Assembly: GCF_002113885.1 (NCBI RefSeq)
Contig: NW_018404512.1
Location: forward strand, 799,782 to 863,781
Direction of reading: 5' to 3'
DNA length: 64,000 nt
DNA from: Mizuhopecten yessoensis
Taxonomy: Eukaryota
Of the stretch, positions 10,869 through 25,900 are shown in pieces; within the stretch, counting starts at the first letter, position 1; each line of letters starts with the position of its first letter. The notes under the pieces were generated by a model. That model saw only the letters and a list, made by a program, of their open reading frames with translations. It made no database searches and was not told the origin of the DNA. The position numbers and the translations under genes are program-made.

Positions 10869-13800
10869 TACAATTTTTTAATTGATTTTGTTTAATTATC
10901 ATTTTGATTTTTCGACTTCAACTATTCATTGATTGAGTTAACATCAGTTCATTGTCAGCGTATACACCCCTTCACACTTGGCTACACACCAAGAGCAGAC
11001 CAGGAATTACAAAACCAGATAATTCAAGAAATACTACAAAAATGTACTGTTATGATTGATTGTCATCAAGGCTTTTTAATTTGGTTTATTTGTATTCCAC
11101 TTAATATTTTGTTTTGATTGGTAAATATCCAGAAAAAGGTTTTTTATTACGAATCTCTTACCTATCAATCTTGTCTTGACAATATCATTAGTTTTAGTAT
11201 TTATCTGTACAAAAGATATTAAAGCTGGTAGAGAAATGGCTCAAAATGGATGAAACAGAGTACTTGTATCGTAGTTTATACTGATATCGTAGGTTACTTA
11301 ACGAGTATTATTGGTATCAATATTCAATACAGCATCACGAACTTATAGGATATGGGACATAAATAGTAATTAATGTAATTTTAAAGGATTTACTTGCCTG
11401 TGTTTTATACTTCTCGTATGCCTTCTCCCCGTTGTTGAAAAAAAGAGTTTATTGTGTGTTTCTACGATCATCTATTAAGATTTCTGTTTTCAAATAACTA
11501 TAACCTGCTTGTGCGTTTGGATCTATAACAGGACTATAGATCACTTTGTTAGACAATAACCACTTTACCACTGTGTTAGGACGCCGTAACAACTCGATCT
11601 GACATATCTGGAGCCAGGCTAAGCTCCTTTAGAAAACCGCCAATAGTGAAGGGTCATTGACATACATCGCGAATGGCATACCTATCAAAAATACAATTAA
11701 TAGAGAAAATAGAGTTGAAGACATTCATTCGTTCGATGACCTAACCTTCTTTTCCCATGAAATATGGACTGGTATGAATCAGGACAGTGGGAAGAGGCGC
11801 TGTAAACTAAACATTGCGACCAATACGTCTCCTCTGTTGTCATCCTCTGACAGCTCGAAAATTGGGCTGGCGAGAGCTGTGTGCCGAGTACGAACCAAAT
11901 TTACGGAGAGAAAGCAGGATCCTTCATTATCAGATTTAACGGGATAAGAAAAGAATTTACTGGCAGGCAATCAATATTTTTTAGGCAATATGAAATATGG
12001 AACATTCGTATCTGATCGTAAGAAAATCGTACAAAGACTTTATGGTAATAATTGGTATATTGGTATTTTATGGTAATCGTTTTTAAATGTAAACGGATTG
12101 GAGAGGGGGGTGGGGAGTGGGGTGNAATGGTATATATTTTCGTATAATGATATTGTAGAATAATTTACAACAGCATTTATTTTTATTTTAGCCATAACCG
12201 TCAGTTATCGATTTAGAAACAACAACAACAATCAGCAGTTTAAACATTAACCTTTATTAGAATGAAAGACATGTATTGAATGGACGGAATGTGATAGTGA
12301 CAAGCTTAAACTGCATATTTCATCCAGAAGAAATCTTGTGTTTGGCATGTCTGAATATAACAATGCTTTATGCAGTACACATATGCTAGACATATGTAAA
12401 ATATGCCTGACATATGCACTATTGTATAGGCAATGGAACATTTACAATGCTAAATATGCAACAATCTAACATCTTTATACTACCATAATATTATCTGTAG
12501 GTACAGGCAGAACTGGCAAGCCTCCATATTAAAACAAAGAAAAGAAGATATGGATACAATTTTGACGCTCCCATGATTGATCGATTGCAACAAAATGTAC
12601 GAGTGTCCATGTGCATGGAATGGTATCATATGTTGACAAGGAGTTTTGCCTTGATTTGACTATATATATTATAATTAAGTGTTTAAACAAGCTACGCATG
12701 CTGTGAAGGTTTCCACCAAATCGTAGTAAGTAGTGAAGTAGATTGAATCTGTAAGCACCACACATGAATTACAAATAAGCCCAGAGGCATTAAGAGAAAA
12801 GCAAATTAATAAAAACGATGTACACTGGTCTATTTTGGTTCAACACAATTTTGCGTGGATATTTTTGTTTCGTGTGATAGTCAACCGTAAATTTCCCACA
12901 GTAATAAATAATTTCAACTAAAAAATGTCATCTTTTTGCGTAAGCGTTTTCTTTATTGCTTTTTTTTTTAAATCACCCAATTTTACTTATATTGACCATT
13001 TACTGTTTTTCAATAATGTTTGGTGAATTTATTTATTGCTATGATTCAAATTAACCGTTGTTATTCAATGTCTGATAGCAGGAGCAACTCAACCGAAAAC
13101 AAAAACCGGGGTAATTAAATTCAAGGTTGATACGATTGTTTTCTGAATTAGGTAGAGTTATATGGTGGCATTACTATGCAATGGTAAATATTTCTATATA
13201 TATAACATACAGCTATTTGATGCATTGCCTCAGAGGTTATAAGTCCATAGTGTTGTCTTCCTAAATACCACAATTAGTATTCCTTTGTGCAGTTTCTTTT
13301 GTGCTGGTATTCATTGACCGTGTGTGTTGATTTTTGTACAGAAGCTATTTTTGGGGTTATAAAAGGATGGCGTCTGAGATAGTGGTCAGGATAGCAGATT
13401 TATTACGAATTGTTACAAAATATGAAAGTTTTCCATTAATGAAGGAAAAGGAAGTCTTTCTTAAATAGAAGCATGCTTTTTATAAATCATATCTAATGCA
13501 CCAATGTGGTTAAAATTCAACAATCATTGAAATATCGTTGCAAATAATGGTAGTAAACGTTTTTGATGTTTTACATGGGTAGACATCCATCGTCAAGCCT
13601 TTAATAGTATAATAAGTGAAGTAAGCAATTTATGTAACTTGTATGTAGTTTTATATACTGTTGATGATGTAGGCTATATATTATGGATGGTATCGGTATA
13701 CATTTACTCGCTATTTGCACGCAACGAGCGTCCTTTACTAGCAAATGACCGTTGCGTAGTTTATAGTTAACATTCACACTAAGAGATTCAGGACATTTTC

Positions 13801-13962
13801 TTATCGTTGAGTATTTATGTAGTTTATGAATATGAGTCGACATTCATGTGCATAGGTACATGTAATTGATTAACATTGACATGGCACTATATTATTGGTA
13901 CACCGTTACGTGTAGGGTTTCTTTAATCTCATCATACGAAAATACGAACTCCCGTAAAATGT

Positions 13963-16900
13963 CTACTCATTTTGGCGTCTAGTCTGTACGACGCCCTTAC
14001 GTAAAACCGCACCCTCTTTTGTTAGTTGAAGTGTCGGCCACACCAAAAAGTCCACCACTGTGCCCTTCCGCGTGTAGTGTTTGTGCTTTGTTTCGTCAAA
14101 CGGATCCCCGGATTCAACATCACGTGACATGTAAACAGGGGGGCTTTGAACGTTCATTAGCCAGCACAATGAAACACACTTGTTGATGTAAGGCTCACAA
14201 GCATCTATTTGTTCTTTTGTCCATTTCATATCTGTGGCGTCTTTAATATAAAGCTGCAAAAGAAAAAAGGAAAAAAAGACAGTTATTTTCTTCCCGTATC
14301 ATTGCTCGCTGTCTTCCGTTACAAATAAGGAAGCAATTCAGCCAATCATGTTCTGATAGGAAAGGACATTTATTAAAGAAAAAAGCCTCCACAAGAAGAC
14401 TAGAGAACTCCCCATAATATTTGAAAGATTGGCGATATTGTCTGTTTTCACTCTTCTTAATATTAGTTTGCTTAACATAATGGGATGTAAATGATTTCAA
14501 AAATATTTTCGCACACTTTACCTGGACAACAGTGTCAGTCGCCTGTGGAGCGCACCACTTTCGGAGGTCTCTGATCTGTTTCCGGTCCTCTGCAGACAGC
14601 TGTTGTGTCTTTTCCTCCACTTTCTAAACATTTCAGGTAAAATACAAGATTGAATTTTCAGTTCTTGAAGCTATTTTTAGGTAATCAATCAAACTTTGCA
14701 TAGCTGACCGACAAAGAAAGAAAGCCAATCGAAATTTTGTTTGCCTTTAAAAAGAAAATAACTTGATTGATTTTAAATGTTGTTTAGAAATATCAGAAAA
14801 AAGAGAAAAAAAACCCCAACATTATTGACAAACTCACGGTTTTGGAAGTCTCAGATTGATGCAGCATAAATAAAACCTTATGGACATCTATCATCTGGCT
14901 CCGAGCAGTCACATCACAGAACGTGAAACTCCCCTGGAATAAAGGAAGCGATTACTATTCTGTTGTTAAAGTTCGAAACATTGAAACAACCATTGCGTGA
15001 TAAATGAAATACTACAGAAAGTGCCTCAGATAGTCTACAAAGTTGGAAATGTTATAAATATTTAAACGATTTCCCTTGGTTCCCCCCTTATGTATTCTTT
15101 GCTAAGGGTTGATGGACTAAAGGAGAGCACCAGAGAGACACTCTCTCTTTCACTTAGCATTTTGAATATTTTATTCTCCTATCTACTTTTTAAGTTCCCA
15201 CGGTGTCTCTGTGATGATCACAACATTAACGCTGTTGCGAAGTAAAACTTCAAACAAACAAATAAACCAAACATGCATATAAATGATTATCCAATTACCA
15301 TAACGACAGAGAGCAGTTGCTGTATCGCCTCCGTCTCCTCCAGGGAAAACTGGTTCATCAGGGTTTCGTAGGCATTTGTCCATTCATCATCATACAATCT
15401 AGAAAACATTTCCGCCAGTTTAGTTGGTCTGTACGGGTCACTGAGGTCAAATATGGCTGGATTATCATCAGTCAGTCTTGCGCCGGCCATAACACTCAAT
15501 CTGTAATGTGAAGGTATAATGACCGTAATGCATAACTAATAATTCTAATATAAGCGATACTATACCTATTTGAGCTTAGAATGTGAACAAAACTTGAAAA
15601 CAGTTCCCAATGTGTCATTGACAGCTGGTAATACCGATTTGTTTGACACTTTGCCCCTCCTCCCTTTTTTCAACAACGCAAAAAACAACAAAAAGCCCCA
15701 ACAACAATCAAACAAAAACAAACAAAAACAAATATACAAACAAAAACAAGGACGAAACATACCTCGTCAACAGGTTGTACTTTTCCTTCATCGCCTCGTT
15801 TAGATTTTTCTCTGCAATATCCAGCCTTCTCTGTACATCATCGATCTTGTTTCTCAGATAGACCTTTTCCTCATCTGATACTGTCAGTGTCGATTTAAAG
15901 CGGTCATTCACTTCGAGTTGAAGACGGGATATCTCCGTCTTGTCGTGCTTGGCTTCATCACGTAACCTTGTAGATGTAAGGAGTAAGATGTTTAATTACA
16001 GGTTAAAATGAATATAGTTCCTATTTAAATGAACTCTATTCAAATATTGATTTGTGTAAATCACATGGTTTAGCTTTAAAATTCGATTGTTTTAACAATA
16101 CGCAACAAGGTGTGTGTCTATACGCTGTACCTCAGGCGTTCTATTATTAGACTAATCAATATTATTGCAGGTAGATTCTAATATTTCAGTCAACATATTT
16201 ACCGGACGGTTCTTTGGCTAAGTATGATGGTTAGGTAGCAAATGTATCTACCTCTCGTTTGCTTATTTACAAATTGTAAAAGACAATCTGTAAACCTCGT
16301 GTGTTAATAAAATTTGAAAATTAACGAACTCGAATTAGATAAACATAATAACCCACCACTATTCGTTGGGGGAAAACCTTTATGTACATTGAATTTATAT
16401 CTGGGCAACATATGTTTGCTGCAATTTACTACCCAGACACCACACCAGTGTGGTAGTGAATTTGAATTTGCAAATGAATGTAATATCACACAATACATTA
16501 TTCTATAATGATAGTTCTACGTTTTCATTAATAGAGATACAGACTTCAGATAAGGGATTTACTGAAGATGGATACTAATAACGTATTACCTGTTGACCTC
16601 TGAGTGTTGGTCCTTCAGTTCCTGTTCTCGGACTGTGATCTTCATATTCAGCTTCATCATTTGGTCCTTAGCATCGGACTGAGATGATGAGGCATGTTTC
16701 TCCAAGTCATTGAGAGCACTGCAGTATAGTATATTATATATGCAGAATAGAGTAAGTGCAATCGGTAGCCATTTGTCTTGAGATATAATGTATTTATGTT
16801 CAATAATGATGCATATTTGGTATATGCAGAATGATGAACATATTTTACACTACTTTTAGTAACTAAAGGGACATAAACTGTATTAATCCAACTGTTAATA

Positions 16901-19900
16901 TTGGTGCATACACATGTACATGGTGTCTACGATTGGGTGTCAATGGGTGGAAACATTACTGGCTGGAATACCCTTTGTACAAAAAACTTAACATCTAATC
17001 AACTAGACGTAATGTTCACAAGAAAAGAAGAACACATTCTATTTTAGGCATGTTAGATTATGGCAAACAGTATTTCTACTAACTATGTTAATGTTGTGTT
17101 ACAAGCATTGCAAAACATACACTTAGATACAAAATATCGCAATTAGAATGATAACGAACAGTGGGTTATCATATAAAGAAAGGACGTACTTGGGAAGACA
17201 ACATCTATAAAAGTGCGTAACAGTGTGGTTAAGCAGAACTTTAAAATGAACGGCACAGTGCAGTAAGAATCTACCCCGATGGTTATGACGATTGATTTGA
17301 TCAAGCTATCTTCCCTATATCCACTCACATTTGTAGTGCAGCCTTCATGCTACGTATAACAGTGAATCGCTCATGAATGGCAACGAGCTGCTTTGTGGCA
17401 TCGTGGAATTTACTGACATTTCTTTTATCTGTTGAATCCGTTTCCCTGTCTTCATGTGATTCCAGAGATTCGACGCCGTAATCCGTGAATAGATATAACT
17501 TATGGACTTCCGCCATAAGCTTATTGGAGTCTTTGCGTAATTCCTCTACATCCCTGGGAATTCGGTTGACGGGTTAGTACAACAGTGCGTTCAAAAAGGT
17601 TCAATATAATTAGCTCTATATTAGTTTGATTAGCAATATATTACTTTCGCATGAATAGATTTGTTGAACATGACTTATCAAAATAACTTTTGACTATGGC
17701 ATTATGCTATTTAAATATCCCAGATAAGTTAACAACAATTTTGTTTTTATATAAATAATATTAACGCTAACGATTTAGATAAGATTCAAAAAATCAAACG
17801 TGTCAAAGACAGACAAACGGCATTATTTAAAGAACAAAGAAATTATCTTTAAAAAAGCATCTTGTATCTTTTCAATCATACCAATCACCCGTGGTATAGA
17901 CTCACGTTTGAATATGAAACCACAACACAGGCAAGAAAAGCACAATACAATTAAAAGACAAAACGGATGATCTCAAATAGAAGGTGATTTCATAAAAAGC
18001 AAGCTTTGATTAGACATATAATGTATTATGATTATTAAAATAGAGGGTGCTATAGTACATATAATACAAAAAGGCAATACGGTTTGTTAAATAGTGCAAA
18101 CTATGTCACTTCTTCAATACCTCTGCATGAAGACGGAGCACAAAACAATATGTTTCTTCTTTTGTGTTAAAGGTTATTTCATAGCAACACGGTTTGTTTA
18201 AGACGACTACAGTGTTTATCGCTGTTACATTAATACTCACTTGTATTTTTATTTACAAATGACATTAGTTAAACACTTATTAGAATATCAAGTTTTAAAT
18301 CTTATTAATAGACAAATGCGTGGAAAACAATATAAAGTGCAGATATCTTTTAGTTTAAAACAAATAGATAAATAAATTTCCATACCTTAATTTTTCCACT
18401 TCTTGCTCTTTTAGTTTCCGGAGAGCCATGCGGCATTCGGTAAGATTTGTTTTCACTTTAGCACCAGCATCGCCGCTGTCCTTTATGTCGACCTGAAGGT
18501 GACGACAAAGCTCCTCAGTTTCCATGACAACATCAGCCAAAACATTGTCGGTGTTCTGGAACTCCCTGAGTTTGCTAAAAAAAAGTATATAACAGATGAT
18601 TTTTTTAATATAAATATTAAATTAGAAAAGAATACGGTGTAAGCAATGATTTAATGATGTCTATCACATTCTATGACTGAACATTAAATGGTTTCATAGC
18701 ATTAACAGTTTACAATAAGAATAGTTAATTAAGAGAGGTAAAAATCACATAACATGTTCGGGAATCTGATAGTAAGTAATTACTGTGTAAATTATGATAA
18801 AAGCAATTGTGTTATGAATAGGTATACCTGCCTCTGATAAATAAATCGGAAGGAATTGTGTAATAGATATCTATTAATTATATTTTAAGCTACATAACCC
18901 CGTTACGGAGTGCTGAAAGGGAGTGATAGAGAAACATGCTTCTGGTTTCCCATACAAACAGGTATTAGTCTTACCCTTTCAGTTTAATATGCTCATCTAA
19001 TGCGAATCTCATTTCCTTTTCAACTTGGATGAGCTTCCTCACTATGTCCTGGTTCGATTCCGAAACAGCGTTTACGTCGGCTGACTCTGTCGCATTCAGG
19101 TCTGACAAACTTCTCGTAGCAGTGGACGCTACTTCTTCGTGAAGGCGATCCACGTGTCTTTGTAAAACTTTCAAATCATTTTTGTAATCCTTCATACCTT
19201 TGTCATTTTGCTGTAACATGCTAGATAAGAGCAGAAGAAAAATATTTTACTACGATATGTTAAGCCTGAAATAAATAATTGTAAATGCTCTCTACAACAA
19301 CCAAAGGGCAATAACTCAAAGAGATATTCAGACTTATAACATTTAACTTCAAAACGTCAAGAGAGAAATATCAAAAAATACTTGTATTACTAAATTTGTA
19401 TAAAATGGCGTCACAATTTAATCAGAATACAAGATTATTAATATTATACATTTTGTTCTTGCATTGTAGATATGTATAAAAAATCCAAACCTATCATATT
19501 TTTTCGTCCACACGGCAAGCTCACTGACTCGCATCATCGCGAGGTCATACACTTTGGACTCATCATCTTGTTCTGATCTGTCAGACAAGGACGATAACTC
19601 CAGTCCCACCCTGTTGCGGTTTCTCTGTGAGGAAGGCTGTGTGCTGGTGTCGAGGGATGCGTCACTGTACACTTTGTCAACAGAGTCTATAAGTTTAACA
19701 AGGCGAGCTTTGGTCAGGTCAAATTCCTGGTGTGACTGTCGAAGCGATCTACAACGTACATTAATGAATATATCAATGTTTGTTAAAACCGAACCTTTGG
19801 CAAACTGGTAAGTTAAATGTCTTCTTATCCTATTGAAATCAGCATTTGTTAACACACAGATTTGGATCCCTTCTGTATTGTATATTGTACATGCTTTTAC

Positions 19901-22900
19901 CTGCGAATAAATGGGTATGTATGAGTAATATTTTAGAGATGAATGCCCGTTGATTTCAAGTGTCAGTAACCAACTTCTGTATTAGGGGTAACTTCCGCAC
20001 AGTCAAATTTTCGCTCTTTGCCATAAATCTACATTCGCCTAGTGTTAATATGGCAATTGACATGTAATAACTGTGCCATGATATATATACGCCCTCTATA
20101 AGGAGGGCGAAAGGTAAAGGTTAAACTCCGGTGAAAATGTCAAGATATACAGTATATTGACAAAGGCAATTTGCCTTGTGATATGATACAATACTCAATA
20201 TCCACATTTTGAAAGCAGAAGCGTGGCCTCGGGGGATAACTTACATGTACCTAAGCGGCTAGAGGATGAGTCTACTTATAAAAAAACATGTAAATAAATG
20301 TTGATTTAATTAAATGGCAATATATTCATCGATTGCGCATCAGATTTAAGTTGCTGCATTATATCATTCGAGCAGTTATCTTGTAAATAGTGAGATATTA
20401 CCAACGTTAAGCAGGAACCTATCTGTACGTTAAACTAAACCATTCATACACTGTAAACGTACATATTTAAGCGGTATTCCAATTTTGGCGTTTTTTTTAA
20501 GTTTCTGAATATGAGGCTTTCTATTGCGAATTCTAATACGCTAATTATTCTATTCGCTTATATGTCAGAATTCAAAAGAAGTTGAGTCCGCTTCAAACAT
20601 ATTTTTTTAACAAAAGTCAACAAGGGAGTACCGAAGTGTCAACAAAACCATAATTCGATCTCAAAATTGATAAAACTAGGGCAAAATACAACAAAGGAAA
20701 GATTTTCATGGAGACCAGGTCAATTTTCAACACATTCACCCTTATTATCAATCATGTATATCTATTGTTCTTTTCAAAGCTAAACAAACAAATAGAAATA
20801 AATAGACTATACAAAGGCAATTGCTGATATAAGTTGTAAGCTTTGTGATTTGTTGGATGTGATAGACAAAGGCATCAAATAATGCATCGAATTGGTATAA
20901 ATATTAAAAGAAAATTCTTATCAGTCTACAAAATACAAATTTATAAAACGGATTACAGAATGTTAACGAATATTTTCATTATATCTATACACACATGTAC
21001 GCAAGATTAAAACAACTGTTTAACAGTCACATTTCGTATATGACCTTAACCAGTTTCGGACCAATAAATTATTCAAAGATACAATGCACTTTGTGTAAGC
21101 TCATAATAATAAAAAGGATATCAACTATTTAAAATGCATTATATAGTGTTCAAAAATCACGTTTTTAAATCACGTTCCGATAATTAACATGACGCTTGAG
21201 TAAAGCATATGCACTGTGTTTATGCGAATAAGGTGTGTTGTGTTGTAGCAAAAGTTAATGTAAAAGATACATACTTGTCAGCATCTTCTAACTTCTTCCT
21301 CTTATTTAAATATAGGGTATGCAGTTTCCTCATTTTCGTTTTTGGTGATGCTGAGCTGGAACTCGGTTCCTGTGTATATTTTCTACGTAAGTTTTCATTT
21401 CCGCCATTTAGGTTAGATTCTCTGTCCATCGCTGATAAATCGGATATTGCATCGGTATAAAATGTCTCTAACTCTTTTTCAATTTCTCCAAAACTCGAAT
21501 CCCGACCATCCAGCTCCTTCACATGCCTTCAAAATAATAAATATTTTATCATATCAGACACATGCTTATTCGATATATCTTTAAACTTAAAATTGTTTTC
21601 TTCTTACAGCTTTGCTTTACCAAAAGAATAGGAAAATAATCTTTGAAAACTATTTGAATGAAAGGAACCTCCAATCAGTTATGCTTGAATTGTCAGAAAG
21701 TTGTTGTATTTCGTTTCATAACAATATATATCGGTTCAGACTACCTTTGAAGCGCCACTTTGGAATCCTTTAATCCTTGCATTTCGTTGCGAACGACAGC
21801 CATTTTATGTAATATATCGCTGATATCGTAGTCTTCGTCAGTCATTTTTAACCTTGTCCGACCTTTCCGGGTGATCAGATCGTCGTTTGTTGCCGCAGTA
21901 GGATCAGCTAGTCTGTGTAGCTTCTCGATTTCTATTTTCAGTTTAAACAGGTCCTGTTTGGTCTCCTCAATTTGATCATTTTCTCTCGTCCTGTGTTGTT
22001 GATGAACGACAGATATCATCATAAAATTTAAAAAATGAAATTTATACGAACCATCAAAAATATGATAACAGTGTATTTGTTTATCTACAGTGCATCACGT
22101 TACGCCTGTATGTTATAATTCTATTTTTCACCTACAATGTGCAACATCTCGTTTAAATGAAGTGATGTCGTGTTATTATCCATCACTCAAACATTGACAA
22201 CACATCACCTGTGACATAAGAATGAAATCTAATAAATATGTCTAATGTTTACACAATCATTATATTAATACTATCTATATGTCGTTATGATAACGTTCAG
22301 GCGCGTAGCTGCCTATACGCGAGTACGCAGTTGAATCCACATGATTCTGACAAACAAACAACAATTCAGCTAAAGTTGCCTTATGCGTACTTGACTGCAT
22401 GCTTATATCAAACGTTCCTTGTCGTTTCTATACTAAATAGCCATTGAAGACACCTGCTCAAGAAGATGACATATTTGATGCATTTCATGACGACTTTAGT
22501 GGAGATCGTGAAAGCTTCAGACGTGAATTCGAAAGTTGCCCGGTCTTTGGAAGAAACAAAGCCTTCTGACCTTAGTGCAACATTTACATAAGTCTGGTAG
22601 TGTGGCTTATTATCATGCCGGTCTCAACACTCTCAACTGAGAGGCAGTTCAGTATCATGAGAAGGGTGAAAAACTACATGAGTTCCACTATGTCCACTGA
22701 ACGTCTGTCTGGACGAGCAATGTTGCATAGTTAGACAAATGGACATTGACATTGAAAATATAATAATACAGTGAGTTCGCTGGCAAAAAGGACAGAAAAT
22801 TATACTTCTGTTAGATAATCTGGGTATTATTAACATAATCGGGGCTCGTATTTGTTTGCTATTTTAGCTCTATTTAAGAGAAAAAATATGCCGAGTAAAG

Positions 22901-25900
22901 GGTTTATTTGTTGATTTAAGATCCTAAAACTTTCCATTTTCGAGTACTAAATAAAGCACCTCAGAATGCCCAGAATGCACCAGATTGCACCATTGTTTTT
23001 AAAAATGTCCAGGGGGCCAGGCCCCCGGACCCCCCTAGCACAGTTATGAATCCACGTTAATAGAGGCCTAGCTACGCCCTTGACGTTTAGCCTAAACGTT
23101 AAGACAAACTTCAGTTCATACACATACTTACACTTCGAGGTTTCGTTTTATATTTTTCTCAAGTTCATGGAGTTTCTCTTCTATGTCCTTCTTTTCAGTC
23201 AAATGCCTGATGAAATATAACAAGAGTACCTTAAAATAAAGAGTATATTACTTCGATGTGTATTCTGCCATATTCTAATGGCACTACATGGTATTGTATT
23301 TAGAAAGACGAAGTAAATCACTCATGGAAAGAGGCTTATGTAATGCGAACTAATATCAATATTTACCGTTCCTCCAACAGCTCAACGTGTTTGCCCTTTG
23401 CCTTGTTAGCTATCATGTGTGTTCCTCGAATGCTATAATAATAATCATAAAATTATAAATGAAAGGTTGTTAACGTGTTCAATGAAATCACATGTTTAAA
23501 AATTATGAATAATGATTAAATTTTTGATAAAAACATGTGTACTTTTCAAATCAATTTTGCAGTTCATGATAATGAATATTCAGCTATAAATTATGTGGAA
23601 TTTTCTTTAATGCAGAAAAAATTAATACTGTATAAAGAAATCAAAGTGAGCTAAACGTGTTTAAAACATGGATTAGATGTGACACATACCGCTGTAGTTG
23701 TCCGTTTTGTTCTTTGAGTTGAGATTTCAATTTCTGCAGCTCTGACTGAAGGCTAATTATTTCGAACCAAATATAAAAAGAAAATGCTTATTCTATTTCT
23801 GTATGCATGTTTCTAAATTTGTAGTAATATTAAGAAGATTTTCTGGTATTTGAGAATGATGATATTGTTAAATTTTGTAAACATGCCTCAAACGATCGAT
23901 ATATGTTAAAAGTAATTCTATCCTCTATATGATTCTTCTAATTAATCATCACTGATACGACGACAGCGTGATACTTCACTTTCCTCAAAGTGCAAATAAA
24001 CTCTAACTTTAAGGATATATATCCCATTGCATGCAAACCAATAGAGAATTTCACTTTTATTAAATCTTATTTGGTTTTGACATTACTGTAGAAGAATTTG
24101 GCTGGGGAAATACCGATAACGGGTGAATTGGTTGTAGTGACTGTATTATTATCGGAGGAACAGGGTTTTAATCTCGGTCTGGCCCGTTATATTTTGACAA
24201 GGTTTCTTTAAAACAAACTAAATTAAAGCTAAATTGCTTAATTCCAAATATACCTTCAGGAAAACATTAAGCACGATATTAAACACAAAGTGTTCATTGT
24301 GAGATAAGATAAATCTTACGCCTGTATTTCCTCGTGTTCCTGCGTCCGTTTTCGTTGCAGTTCCTGTTCAAAAAGTTTGAGTTTGTTAATAAGTTCTTGT
24401 ATATCCTCTACGTCACGTTTAGAACTTGGTTTTAGCACTTTCCCCGCAACTGAAATATTCTGACTAGATGGTGTCATTTTCTGTTGACCCTTTGCAGGTT
24501 GTTGACCTTTGGCCGCGGGTGGGTCCGTCGTCCCCGGTTTATCGATTGCAAGATGATTGAACAATTTAGAAATCGTCTTGTTAAGGGATAGGATGTCCTG
24601 ATGGTACAGCACGTTTCCATCCTTGTCCTTTCTGTAACATAATAAGAATAAATTCAGTCTTTAGATGTACAGTTGTCATGGTAATTGCACTTCGATTTTA
24701 AAGTTGTAATGATAAGTGTACTCAGTTTTTATAGCGGTGTAAATAAAGTTGTCATGGTAATTATACCTGTACACCTGCCTTATATATCAACTATGTACTG
24801 TTGCTAGTCACATTAAAAAGAAATATATACTAAAGACACTTATCACTACTGTAACATCCTCAAACAAAACTAACTATGAAATCAAGTGTTCTGGATGAGT
24901 ATCTAAGGTCAATCGAGGGGATGTGTTTGTTTTATCTATTGTGTTCATGTAAAGCCGAATTTTATCATTCATAATATTATTGTAAGATATAAAAACCTTT
25001 ATGATTATATATAATGTCTCGATGTACTGTATCTGTATTTATATCTTTGACTTACTGTTCCAATGCTGGTGTTTTGGTTTGTGTGGTCCGAGGGGACAGA
25101 CTGATGGGCTCCTCCTTGATAACTGGTCGCTGTATTCCAGGCATAGCCTGGCGCTTGCCACGGTCTCTCTGGTGGGACAGCGTCACAGTTGTCGCCCTTG
25201 GAGTAGGTTTCTTACTTGCTTGTGGCGAATCTCGTGTTTTAACTGGAACCTTTGTTGGTGATGTCAGGATTGTTGGTGGTTTGTCTGTGACATACTCAGA
25301 TCGGTCCACGACCTACGACCACAACATCAATGCAGTAAAGTAAGCATTAAGTTAAAACAATAAGGAATATCTCTTTGAACACCCTTTCCCTCTCGACGGT
25401 ATTCATTATGATGCAGATTATTAATATAAAAGTGGTGGTACATGTTCGTGAACGATGTCTGTTATAGACTTAAAAGGCATTTAAAGTCATAGCTCGCGCG
25501 ACTTTAAACAGTCAATGTCAAGCCGCATGTATTGGTGACTAGTGCACTACGTGGTTAATACAATTATCTGTCATTGGAGAAGATTTTTTCAATTATGCAA
25601 TTTGACATATTACATGATTTTATAAACTTCACGTTGTCGATGACTTTCATGATTTCTAAATCCTACGTGTTATAACAGCGTATCGATTAAACGGCGTTAT
25701 GCATCATAAATGACAATTATTTACGTATTAAAATAAGTGTTTTAGAATGCATAAGAGAATAGAAAAATTTATATTTTTAATAAGTTTAAGGGACAACTAG
25801 AACATAATGGTTTCTCTATAAGGAAACAGGGATATATATAGTTACATTTTATACGAAGATATTACTTTAAATAGGCGTGCATTGTTACGTTGTTTATTTA

